Source: Actinomycetota bacterium
GTDB lineage: Bacteria; Actinomycetota; Humimicrobiia; Humimicrobiales; Humimicrobiaceae
Assembly: GCA_028697935.1 (NCBI GenBank)
Contig: JAQVEM010000002.1
Location: forward strand, 1 to 38,619
Direction of reading: 5' to 3'
DNA: 38,619 nucleotides
This document shows, piece by piece, positions 26,456-35,593 of this stretch; the first letter of the stretch is position 1; each line of letters opens with the position of its first letter. Made by a program: the position numbers and the translations under genes. Below the pieces are notes generated by a model, which saw nothing but the letters and a program-made list of their open reading frames with translations, did no database searches and was not told the origin of the DNA.

Positions 26456-27463
26456 ATGGTTAATTATAATGATATAGCAAAGCTGGCGAATGTATCTCCT
26501 ACAACGGTTTCGCATGTAATTAATGAAACAAGGTTTGTGATGCCTGAAACAAAAGAAAGAGTTTATAAGGCAATGAGAGAGCTAAAGTACCAGCCAAATC
26601 TCCTTGCAAGAAGTCTTGCTACAGGTAAAACGCAGACAGTGGGACTTGTTATTTCAGATATAAGAAATCCGTTCTATCCAGAGCTGGTACAGGGAGTTGA
26701 AGAGATGGCAGTTAAAAATGATTACAACGTATTTCTATGTAACACTGATTATGACATAGAAAAAGGAGTGAAATCCATAAGTGCCCTTATCAAAAGAAAA
26801 ATCGATGGCATAATTGTTGCCTCGAGCCAGGTTGATAGCTCTATCCTGAAACAGTTGACTGATACAGATGTTAATTTTGTACTGGTTGACTGGTGTAAGA
26901 GAAACATAAAAGTAGACAGTCTTTATTTTGATTATAAAGTCGGTATAGCAGAAGCAGTCTCTCATCTAATTTCTCTGGGGCACAGGGATATTTATTTTAT
27001 AGGTGGTCCTAAAAACTTAAAAACAGCAGAAATAAGGATAAGAAACTTCATAGATACTATAGAAAGTTATAAAGATCTCAACTTAAATTATAAGATACTG
27101 GAAGGTAATCATAAAATAGATGGAGGCTATGAGACCGCCATAGAAATGTTAAAAAATAAAGACTTACCCACAGCAGTTATTTGCTCAAATGACCTTACAG
27201 CAATAGGAGCAATGAAGGCTTTCCAGAGCGGAGGCATTAAAATCCCTGATGATATATCTATTATTGGTCTGGATAATATTGCTCTTACTGAAATTGTCTC
27301 TCCGGAGCTAACAACAATAGAGCTTGAAAGATATGAGATAGGTAAAACTGCAATGGAGATGCTGCTAAACAGGATAAAAGACGAAAAATTACCCAGGCAG
27401 ATATGTACTTTTAAGACAAAATTAATTGTAAGAGAGAGCACCGCCGAGAGTAAGAAAAATTAA
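26456..27463 (+). CDS. LacI/GalR-family transcriptional regulator
   Basis: 335 aa with N-terminal HTH YNDIAKLANVSPTTVSHVINE, a YQPNLLARSL hinge, and a periplasmic-binding-protein-like sugar-binding core. Confidence 0.92.
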   Translation: MVNYNDIAKLANVSPTTVSHVINETRFVMPETKERVYKAMRELKYQPNLLARSLATGKTQTVGLVISDIRNPFYPELVQGVEEMAVKNDYNVFLCNTDYDIEKGVKSISALIKRKIDGIIVASSQVDSSILKQLTDTDVNFVLVDWCKRNIKVDSLYFDYKVGIAEAVSHLISLGHRDIYFIGGPKNLKTAEIRIRNFIDTIESYKDLNLNYKILEGNHKIDGGYETAIEMLKNKDLPTAVICSNDLTAIGAMKAFQSGGIKIPDDISIIGLDNIALTEIVSPELTTIELERYEIGKTAMEMLLNRIKDEKLPRQICTFKTKLIVRESTAESKKN

Positions 27464-27893
27464 TAAATTAGTGAATATTTTAAAAATTATTTTGCTTGTA
27501 TATAAAAATTAAATATTTATTCTAATTACCAGATCTTTTACAAGGCCTGCCTTCAAGTATTTCAAGAAGTATTAATATTAATCCCAATATGGTAGCTGAC
27601 TTTTAAGCCCGAAATTATTGAGTACTAAAGCGTTCTACATTTTATTATTTTTATATCTTCTACATTTTACAATCAGCCTTTCTTAACTTTGAAACAGCTA
27701 TTAACTTATATAAATTAAAAAAGAGGGGTTTGTGTCCATATGCAGGCATGATACTCTATTATTACAGTTACAAAGGTCTTAATAACTCCGCGAAACCAGT
27801 AATAATAATATTTAATTATTTTTAGAGCGCAAAGTAATCTATACTTTTAAAAAAGATTATTGAATTGTAAATAGTAAGAAGAAAAAATTAAAC

Positions 27894-27947
27894 TTGACAT
27901 TGGAATTTTTTTCTTATAGTATAAGAAAGCACTTACGCAAGTGCTTT
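27894..27947 (+). promoter_or_regulatory. Promoter-operator module A: TTGACA, 17 nt, TAGTAT, then 22-bp palindrome AAAGCACTTACGCAAGTGCTTT
   Basis: -35 at 27894-27899, -10 at 27917-27922, palindrome at 27926-27947 (9-bp perfect arms, central CG-containing ACGC). ~200 nt upstream of the ABC binding-protein gene. Confidence 0.6.
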
Positions 27948-28145
27948 TATGTTAATTCAGTTATAAATTAAAGTTCCAACAATTGTAAGTTAGAATATAG
28001 CTAGACTTTTAGAATATGTAGTTTTTATAAAATCTTGAGGGATATTTTGAAATAATTTTTAATATTAAATAGTGTGAAAAAATAAGATTGATAATAAAGG
28101 CACAAAATTTAATAAAGAGATTTAGAAAATAAGAAAGGAAATGAA

Positions 28146-29543
28146 ATGAAAAAAAAGATCTTAATTGTTATCATGTGTTTGACTTTTACGCTCAGTGCTC
28201 TGGGCTTAGCTGGATGCAAGCAGGCCGCGAAACTCTCTACTTCTGATGATTCCATCGAGCCTAAGGTCACTGAGGAGCCTGCAGAAACAACTGAAACAGA
28301 AGAAAAGACCAAGGTCACTTTTATGGGCTGGGGTACAGATGCTGAAATTACTACTTTTAAAGAGATGATTGCGCAGTATGAAACCAAGTACCCCGATATT
28401 GATGTAGAATATATTGTAGTAGCGGACAATGAGTTTGATACAAAGTTGCAGACCATGATAGGCGCTGGACAGTGTCCAGATGCATTCTACTCCCATATCG
28501 ACAGAATGATGAAGTATGCTGCCACCGGCAACCTCTATGATCTAACTGATTATGTCGAAAATAACGAGATATTTGACCCCGACAATGTTTGGGAATGTCT
28601 CATAAATCTGTATCGTTTTGATGGAAACATGCAGGGTTCCGGAAGTATTTACGCTCTGCCTAAAGATGTAAGTGTATTCCCGGTATTTTATAATGTTGAC
28701 CTGTTCAAAGCCGCTGGTGTTACTCCACCGACTATTGATAATCCGTGGGATTGGAATGATTATCTAGAAGCTGCAAAAAAACTAACCACTGGAGAGGGTG
28801 AAAATAAGATCTACGGAACCGGAGCATATTCCCTCGAATCTGCAGTATGGTCTAATGGTGCAGAGTGGGTGGATCAAGAAACTCTCACGAAGGTGAAGAT
28901 TGATGATCCTGCCTTTATACAAGCGTTACAATGGTGTGCGGATCTTCGCCTTGTTCATGGTGTTGCTCCTTCTGCATCTGAGACCGAATCCCTAAGCGAT
29001 TACGACCGCTTCAAGCAGGGCAAACTTGCTATGGTAGGTGCTGGCACATGGAGCCTTGCTGATTTCTGGGCGAACTGCGACTTTGAATGGGATGTTATGA
29101 ACTGGCCTGTAAGTCCAAACACTGGTAAAAGCGAGATATGGTTCGGTAGCGCAGGTCTATCAGTTTCCTCTACCACTGCTAACCCGGAGGCAGCTTGTAA
29201 TCTAATTGCTTACCTTTCCTTCAATGAGGATGCACAGAGGACTGCATACACAATGGGCCAGGCAATCCCAATGCTTAAAGACATGGCTTATGGTGAATAT
29301 ATGAACTTCGAAAAACCTCCTGCAAGTAAAGAGGTATTATTTGATATTCTGGAAAACCATGCACGCCTTGCAACCCAGTCCCGCACCTTCAATCAGGAGT
29401 GGTTTAATGAATTTAATTCTAATATCGATGCTGTGTTTAATGGTGAAATGACCGCACAGCAGTACTGTGAGTCTATAAAGGATACTATTCAACAACTACT
29501 TGATGATAGCAATGCACAAAAAGCAGAATATAGTAAAAAGTAG
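28146..29543 (+). CDS. ABC transporter extracellular solute-binding lipoprotein (family 1, CUT1 sugar type)
   Basis: 465 aa with signal peptide and canonical lipobox LGLAGC. The length and W/Y-rich pattern are typical of oligosaccharide SBPs. Followed by two MalF/MalG-type permeases. Confidence 0.88.
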   Translation: MKKKILIVIMCLTFTLSALGLAGCKQAAKLSTSDDSIEPKVTEEPAETTETEEKTKVTFMGWGTDAEITTFKEMIAQYETKYPDIDVEYIVVADNEFDTKLQTMIGAGQCPDAFYSHIDRMMKYAATGNLYDLTDYVENNEIFDPDNVWECLINLYRFDGNMQGSGSIYALPKDVSVFPVFYNVDLFKAAGVTPPTIDNPWDWNDYLEAAKKLTTGEGENKIYGTGAYSLESAVWSNGAEWVDQETLTKVKIDDPAFIQALQWCADLRLVHGVAPSASETESLSDYDRFKQGKLAMVGAGTWSLADFWANCDFEWDVMNWPVSPNTGKSEIWFGSAGLSVSSTTANPEAACNLIAYLSFNEDAQRTAYTMGQAIPMLKDMAYGEYMNFEKPPASKEVLFDILENHARLATQSRTFNQEWFNEFNSNIDAVFNGEMTAQQYCESIKDTIQQLLDDSNAQKAEYSKK

Positions 29544-29573
29544 CAATTAGGTGACAAAAAGCTTATAGTAAAA

Positions 29574-29608
29574 GCATATTGGCAGGTATATTATACCTGC
29601 CAATATGC
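29574..29608 (+). other. Intercistronic stem-loop: 35-nt perfect inverted repeat (17-bp arms) between the SBP and permease genes
   Basis: GCATATTGGCAGGTATA-T-TATACCTGCCAATATGC read directly. No downstream U-tract. Confidence 0.8.
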
Positions 29609-29629
29609 TGGTACAATGAGGTGAACAAA

Positions 29630-30559
29630 TTGGATTGTATAAGTGCTAGAAGCAAAAATATAAAAGGAAAAGGTCAGAGTAAACTAAAAAGGCGTGAAAG
29701 CTTAGCAGGGTTACTTTTTGTTTCCCCCACTATCATATACTTCATCGTTTTTTTTCTACTGCCACTAGCGGTATGTATTTATGCAAGCTTCACTAATTGG
29801 AATATATTATCTCCAAATAGAGTTTTTGTAGGGACCCTAAACTATGAAAGGCTGTTTGTAGATCCTAAGTTTTGGAAGGCTTTGAAAAACACACTATTTA
29901 TGCTTATACCTATTCCAATTTATATTACGTTTGCATTACTTTTTGCATACGCATGCCACAAGAACATACTTGGTCAAAAGGTTTTTCGAGCAATATATTA
30001 TTTGCCCTATATATCATCTATTGTGGCACTAACGCTCATTTGGATGTGGTTGTTTAATTCAAAGTATGGTCTTGTGAATAACTTTCTCTCTCTGTTCGTT
30101 GATAATCCGCCGAGCTGGTTAAGTGACCCATTCTGGACAAAATGGATGATTGTGATTATGATTTCTTGGAAATTGATCGGGTTTACATCGATTTACTACA
30201 TTGCTGCACTCAAATCAATACCCAAAAGTTATTACGAGGCAGCTCAGATAGATGGTGCAGGACCGAGACAGCAATTTTTCAAGATCACCCTACCATTACT
30301 TACTCCTACAACCTTTTACCTATTGGTTATTGGAATGATTGGTTCGCTTCAAACTTTTGTAGAGGTACAGATGTTTGCACCGGATGGCGGACGTGGGTAT
30401 GGTGTGGGAACAATAGTTTTCTATATCTGGCAAAAAGCGTTTTCAAGCAGTCAGATGGGCTATGCATGTGCAATAGCTACAGTGTTTGGTCTGTTTATAT
30501 TAGTCATTACTGTAATCCAGTTTACTCTATCGCGCAAATGGGTTTTTGAAGGGAATTAA
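29630..30559 (+). CDS. ABC sugar transporter permease (MalF/UgpA type); start moved to TTG 29630
   Basis: EAA loop YYEAAQIDGAGPRQQFFKITLPLL and 6 TM helices. GAGGTG at 29618-29623 lies 6 nt before TTG 29630. The ORF-track start 29579 lies inside the hairpin. Confidence 0.88.
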   Translation: MDCISARSKNIKGKGQSKLKRRESLAGLLFVSPTIIYFIVFFLLPLAVCIYASFTNWNILSPNRVFVGTLNYERLFVDPKFWKALKNTLFMLIPIPIYITFALLFAYACHKNILGQKVFRAIYYLPYISSIVALTLIWMWLFNSKYGLVNNFLSLFVDNPPSWLSDPFWTKWMIVIMISWKLIGFTSIYYIAALKSIPKSYYEAAQIDGAGPRQQFFKITLPLLTPTTFYLLVIGMIGSLQTFVEVQMFAPDGGRGYGVGTIVFYIWQKAFSSSQMGYACAIATVFGLFILVITVIQFTLSRKWVFEGN

Positions 30560-30562
30560 GAG

Positions 30563-31399
30563 ATGAAGAGAAAAATAAGTCCAGTGCGAATTATTGTCTT
30601 TATTATATTGCTCATTGGTGCAGTCACTATGATAGTCCCTTTTGCTTGGATGCTTAGCACCTCACTTAAGGAAGCCAACCTTGTGTACACTATTCCTCCT
30701 CAGTGGATACCAAAACCTGTGGATTGGAAGAACTATATAGAAATATGGACAGCTTCTAATCTTCTTACTGGAATTAAAAATAGCTGTATCATAAGTGTGT
30801 CTGTATTGGTCTTCTGTACTTTTACCTCCAGTATGGCAGCCTTTGCATTTTCGAAGCTGAGCTTTCCATTCAAGAATGCTATATTTGTTATGCTACTTAC
30901 TACTATAATGGTTCCTCTGGTAGTATTGTTGGTTCCGCTATTTGTAATATACACAAAAATAGGCTGGATAGACACGTTGCTTCCTATGATAGTTCCGGCT
31001 TCAATGTGCAACATTAACATTATTTTTTTTCTACGTCAGTATATGACGGGTCTTCCCAAGGAGCTACTGGATGCCGCTAAGATTGATGGGTGTGGTTACT
31101 TTAGTGCATATTGGCGGATTTACCTACCTCTTTGCAAACCCGCTATAGTTGCAAATGTGATTATGCTGTTTATGATTACATGGAATGATTATTTCGGTCC
31201 ATTAGTATTTACACATAGTGAATCCAAGCAGAACATCCAGGTAGCTATTGCAATGCTTAACTCACACTATATCCAACAGACAGATATTCCGCTTATGATG
31301 ACAGCATCATTGATTGCAATATTACCTGTTCTGATATTATTTATCATCTGCCAGAAGTATTTTACTGAATCCTTTGCTATGACTGGCATAAAGGGGTAA
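30563..31399 (+). CDS. ABC sugar transporter permease (MalG/UgpE type)
   Basis: 278 aa with EAA loop LLDAAKIDGCGYFSAYWRIYLPLCKP. Confidence 0.9.
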   Translation: MKRKISPVRIIVFIILLIGAVTMIVPFAWMLSTSLKEANLVYTIPPQWIPKPVDWKNYIEIWTASNLLTGIKNSCIISVSVLVFCTFTSSMAAFAFSKLSFPFKNAIFVMLLTTIMVPLVVLLVPLFVIYTKIGWIDTLLPMIVPASMCNINIIFFLRQYMTGLPKELLDAAKIDGCGYFSAYWRIYLPLCKPAIVANVIMLFMITWNDYFGPLVFTHSESKQNIQVAIAMLNSHYIQQTDIPLMMTASLIAILPVLILFIICQKYFTESFAMTGIKG

Positions 31400-31401
31400 A
31401 C

Positions 31402-33492
31402 TTGAATTTATATTGTAATCCGATAAAAAAGCAAGGAGATTTTGCTGATCCTTTTGTACTACGTTACAATGGGAAATACTATTTGTACTGCACAAATCCT
31501 GATATCCGTTGTTGGAGCTCAGATAATCTTGTTGACTGGGAGCTCGAAGGCCCTACAATAAATTCAGATACTTTTCCTTCATTAGTCCCATTTGCCCCGG
31601 AGGTTGTGTATTGGAATGGTGTGTTCTATATGTACACCTCTCCCAATGGCATGGGACATTATGTGTTAAAGAGTAAAAGTGCTACAGGTCCTTTTTACGC
31701 GGTGACCGGTAATATAGCGCATTGTATAGATGGCTCTGTTTTTATAGATGACGATGGCAAGTGGTACTTCTATTGGGCAGATGAGAGTGGCATACTAGGT
31801 TGCGAGATGAATTCGCCCACTGAATTTGGAGAGGTAGTAAATACAGGTGCTTATATGCATGGTTGGACAGAAGGCCCAATGGTTGTGAAGGAAAATGGTA
31901 TATATTATATGACTTACACTGGAAATCACTACCTTTCCAAAGGCTATCGGATAAACGCAGCGAAAAGTAGACACCCTCTTAAGGGATATAAGGATTGCTC
32001 ATGTAACCCGATCATCGTACACACAGAGGAACCATGGGTTGGACTGGGTCATAGTTCAACTGTTTATGGACCGGATATGCTTACCAGATACATCTTTTAT
32101 CATAATATCAATCCAGACAGATCACGTGATTTAAATATAGACATAATTATCCTGGATGAAAGTGTGCATGTGTTAGGTCCCACAAACTTTCCGCAGCCCG
32201 TTCCCAGACTGCCTGATTTTTCAGACAACATGATTTCGAATAAGAGTGTGGAAAACTGGGATTTACTTAAAGGAAAATGGGAAATATATAATGGCTTTCG
32301 TATAGCTTACCCAAATTTTTGGTGCCTTAGCACACATACTTTATATACCGAATCAGGTGTCATAGAGTTTAATCTCAGTGTGATGAGTGGAGAGGGAACC
32401 TATGGTGTTAGTATAGGTGATTTTTGTATTGTCATGGATACTGCTTCAAATCTAGTAAAGCTAACCGGGCAGGATGGTACGACATTGCATGAGTGCATAA
32501 TTCCATATGAGTATTTACACCATGCACTGCACTGCCTGCGATTACGCTATGACAGGGATGGCATTCATTTGTATATTGATGGCAGAAAAGCAACGGAATT
32601 TAACGTCCCTATTTGTGCAGGAGGACAGATAGGCTATTTTTCGGAGGGTCCAATTATTGAGATGGGTTACACAGCGTTCAATTCAGGAGATGCAAAAAAC
32701 GCTACTGAAGAACTTTTTGTTCCAGTTCCCTGCTCGGTATCTTTAAACGAAAAGATGCACAAGAAGATAAAACTAAATGTTGCACAAACAGAAGAATATG
32801 TTTTTTCTGTCGAATGCAAAGAAGTGCAAAAAGATCGAGCAAGCCTAATTGTAACAATTGATGGAAATGATACAGAACCTGCATTTATTAAAGCCAGCTG
32901 TGATATCGCAATATATACACTAACGTTATCGCGAGGGCTGCACGAAATGTCGATTGTTTTGAGCGATGGTCTGCATTGTCCTTCAACACTTTATGTTCAT
33001 AAGAATGGAAAGAATGAACATATAGTAAGAAAGATAAGAAGTTTTGGTCCATATGACAAACAGTGCTGGGGCGACATAGATTTACCTCACTTTAAGGCGG
33101 GGCTTAATTTCAAGGGCCGTGCAAAGTCCGAACATGCATCCATTGGTATCATATTCAGAGCGAGCGAATTATCCGACGGAGGTGAAGGTGATGACAAGAG
33201 GCTGGGCATTAATTTCTTTATCGGCTATTGCATTTCTTTGGAATATAATCGTGTTGTGCTTACCAGGCATAGATATGACGAAAAAGAACTGCTTAGCAAA
33301 AAGATAAACTATTGTTGTGCAGATATTCATAATTTGAATATACAGATAGATATAAACGATATAAAGGTATTTATTAACAATTGTGATGCTGCGGTAATAG
33401 AATACCACGATCCATCACCAATATTATTCGGACGATCAGGTATACGTGTAAAAGACTATGAAATTGATTATGCTACTTTTTATAAATTATAA
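31402..33492 (+). CDS. Glycoside hydrolase family 43 (cytoplasmic) with ~400-aa C-terminal beta-sandwich extension
   Basis: 696 aa, no signal peptide. GH43 blocks: NPIKKQGDFADPFVLRYNGKYYLY, FAPEVVYWNGVFYMY, IDGSVFIDDDGKWYFYW, TEGPMVVKENGIYYMTY. Confidence 0.85.
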   Translation: MNLYCNPIKKQGDFADPFVLRYNGKYYLYCTNPDIRCWSSDNLVDWELEGPTINSDTFPSLVPFAPEVVYWNGVFYMYTSPNGMGHYVLKSKSATGPFYAVTGNIAHCIDGSVFIDDDGKWYFYWADESGILGCEMNSPTEFGEVVNTGAYMHGWTEGPMVVKENGIYYMTYTGNHYLSKGYRINAAKSRHPLKGYKDCSCNPIIVHTEEPWVGLGHSSTVYGPDMLTRYIFYHNINPDRSRDLNIDIIILDESVHVLGPTNFPQPVPRLPDFSDNMISNKSVENWDLLKGKWEIYNGFRIAYPNFWCLSTHTLYTESGVIEFNLSVMSGEGTYGVSIGDFCIVMDTASNLVKLTGQDGTTLHECIIPYEYLHHALHCLRLRYDRDGIHLYIDGRKATEFNVPICAGGQIGYFSEGPIIEMGYTAFNSGDAKNATEELFVPVPCSVSLNEKMHKKIKLNVAQTEEYVFSVECKEVQKDRASLIVTIDGNDTEPAFIKASCDIAIYTLTLSRGLHEMSIVLSDGLHCPSTLYVHKNGKNEHIVRKIRSFGPYDKQCWGDIDLPHFKAGLNFKGRAKSEHASIGIIFRASELSDGGEGDDKRLGINFFIGYCISLEYNRVVLTRHRYDEKELLSKKINYCCADIHNLNIQIDINDIKVFINNCDAAVIEYHDPSPILFGRSGIRVKDYEIDYATFYKL

Positions 33493-33514
33493 TTTATTAT
33501 AAAAAGGGTTTAAA

Positions 33515-35566
33515 ATGATGAAATTTCACTTTAAGAGGATTTTCTTGATGCCAATTGCTTTTGTTATTACTCTGATGTTAGCTTTTGCTGTGATTTTAGT
33601 ACTACCATTGCCTTCTGTTTTGGCAAATAATGCAACAGGTGTAACAATTTATGGCAACGCGACCGATGACTGTTGCTTTTATGAGCGGGTTGTTACTCTA
33701 TCAAATGGAGATTTATTGGCTACCTGGATGCGGGAGTTTCCAATCGATACTGGTTGGAGTGGTATGAAGAGCTTTTATTTCTATAAAAGCTCAGATCACG
33801 GAAAAACATGGTCTTATGTGAGTGAGTTAGATCCGTCAAATTACCAGGGTCTTTCACGAGACAAGATTGGAATGCCAGGTATGTTTGTGCTTCCACAAGA
33901 CATTGGGAGCCTTTCAGAAGGCACAGTGCTTTTTGCAACTTCTGATTGGGATGTGAATTCAGATTACTGCATTCACATCTGGGAAAGCACCAACAACGGT
34001 TCGACATGGTCATTATTAAGCAATTTGGCACCCAGGGGTAATAGCAGTCAGAGCGTATGGGAGCCGGAATTTGCAGTTAGCAGTGATAAGTTGCTTGTTT
34101 GCTATTATTCAGATGAGCGACAAGATGGTTATGATCAATGCATTGCATTAGAGACTTCAGAGGATGGGGTTAATTGGGGCGACTATACAATAATTGCAGG
34201 TGAATATGATCCTGATTGGGAACGTGGAGTGGATCCACCGATGTGGAGGCCTGGTATGCCTCGTGTGATACAACTAATTGACGGTACATATTTTATGGCC
34301 TATGAGAATATATGTGATGGATATGGAGGCATTGTTTCCTGTAGGACATCTGAAGATGGCACCGATTGGGGTGATATGAATGAATTAGGCACGATAGTTG
34401 GAACATCTGGAACGGCTGCATATCAATGCCCTGAAGTTACATGCATAGATGATGGAAGCGATTACGGGCGCATATTTTTGCGCGGCATGAATGATACTTG
34501 CTCTGGCAGCTTATGTTATACTTCCACTAATGCAGGCCAAACATGGCAACTTATAGATGCACCGCTGACTGCTGTAAGGAGAGAGCCAGTTGCTAGCGGC
34601 TGGAGTGGGACGTTTGTAGCTCATGGGAATCGGTTAATTGAGCTAAACAATTGTTATAATGGATCATACAATGAAATTCGCTGTGGCACAGGAATCCTGT
34701 ATGGAGACAAGCTTATCGTAGACGGTGCTGATTACAAGATTAAAAATGTTGCATCAAATTATTGTCTTGATGATGCTGGTGGCTCAATGGAATGGGGCAA
34801 CGAGATGATCTTATGGTCTGATAACGGCCTACATACTCAAAGCTGGCATACCAAGAATATATCTGGTGAATATTTCTCACTAATATGTAATTTCAGCGAT
34901 TTGGCACTCGATAATCCTGATGGTTCACAGGAAATTGGAACAAGAATAGTCCAGTGGGATAAGAACTACTCTTCAGCACAGCGATGGAAGCTTATTCCTA
35001 TTAACAATGGTTATTTTAAGATACAGAATGAATGCAGCGGACTTTATCTCGACACGGAGGACGAATCCATAGAATTACATGCATATGTTGTTCAAAGTAC
35101 ATCTAGTTCTAGTGATACGCAAAAATGGATTGTTGAAAGAATATATGAAATTGTACGGCTTCGCTCTTATAATGTTTATGATTGCCATGCATACCATAAT
35201 AGTAGTGGTAGTGTGTTGATTGCAAATGAATCAACATCGATGTCACCTTATAGTTCCCAGTGGCGAGTTGTTCCAGGACTTAAGAACTCGAGTTATATTT
35301 CGTTTGAATCGTTAGACCAGCCAGGTTACTACCTGCGTCACTATAATGGGAATGTGATCATATCGCCGTATGAGGATACTGATATATTCAAACAAGATGC
35401 TACCTGGCGTCCTCATAATGGACTTTATGGTTCCGGTGGTAAATCGTTTGAGACATACAATTTTAATAATATTTATATGCGCCATTATAACTCATACCTT
35501 ATAATTTCTGAGATTAATTCAGATTTGGATAAGAAGGATGCTACGTTTTATATGGAGTGCCAATAA
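33515..35566 (+). CDS. Secreted BNR/Asp-box beta-propeller (sialidase-fold glycosidase-like) fused to ricin-B (CBM13-like) and AbfB (CBM42-like) lectin domains
   Basis: 683 aa with signal peptide ...PSVLA/NN. Five Asp-boxes: SSDHGKTW, STNNGSTW, TSEDGVNW, TSEDGTDW, STNAGQTW. QxW repeats TQSW, AQRW, TQKW at residues ~405-542. C-terminal duplicated YLRHYN/YMRHYN...DATW/DATF at residues ~545-683. Confidence 0.75.
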   Translation: MMKFHFKRIFLMPIAFVITLMLAFAVILVLPLPSVLANNATGVTIYGNATDDCCFYERVVTLSNGDLLATWMREFPIDTGWSGMKSFYFYKSSDHGKTWSYVSELDPSNYQGLSRDKIGMPGMFVLPQDIGSLSEGTVLFATSDWDVNSDYCIHIWESTNNGSTWSLLSNLAPRGNSSQSVWEPEFAVSSDKLLVCYYSDERQDGYDQCIALETSEDGVNWGDYTIIAGEYDPDWERGVDPPMWRPGMPRVIQLIDGTYFMAYENICDGYGGIVSCRTSEDGTDWGDMNELGTIVGTSGTAAYQCPEVTCIDDGSDYGRIFLRGMNDTCSGSLCYTSTNAGQTWQLIDAPLTAVRREPVASGWSGTFVAHGNRLIELNNCYNGSYNEIRCGTGILYGDKLIVDGADYKIKNVASNYCLDDAGGSMEWGNEMILWSDNGLHTQSWHTKNISGEYFSLICNFSDLALDNPDGSQEIGTRIVQWDKNYSSAQRWKLIPINNGYFKIQNECSGLYLDTEDESIELHAYVVQSTSSSSDTQKWIVERIYEIVRLRSYNVYDCHAYHNSSGSVLIANESTSMSPYSSQWRVVPGLKNSSYISFESLDQPGYYLRHYNGNVIISPYEDTDIFKQDATWRPHNGLYGSGGKSFETYNFNNIYMRHYNSYLIISEINSDLDKKDATFYMECQ

Positions 35567-35593
35567 ACTTATTTTAATATATGGGAGGATAGA

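Noticed and set aside
27633-27669. 12-nt direct repeat TTCTACATTTTA x2 (27633-27644, 27658-27669) in the LacI-SBP spacer
   Set aside because: It is short, AT-rich and has no third copy or symmetry. It cannot be distinguished from chance in this composition.
28088-28099. TTGATAATAAAG shared by the leaders downstream of both operator copies (28088-28099 and 38488-38499)
   Set aside because: My rough estimate is that a 12-nt AT-only match between two ~150-200-nt AT-rich leaders is close to chance expectation. It is not used as evidence of homology.
29579-29629. ORF-track TTG start of the first permease
   Set aside because: It lies inside the 17-bp-arm hairpin and adds a non-membrane, non-conserved leader. 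TTG 29630 has a GAGGTG SD at proper spacing.
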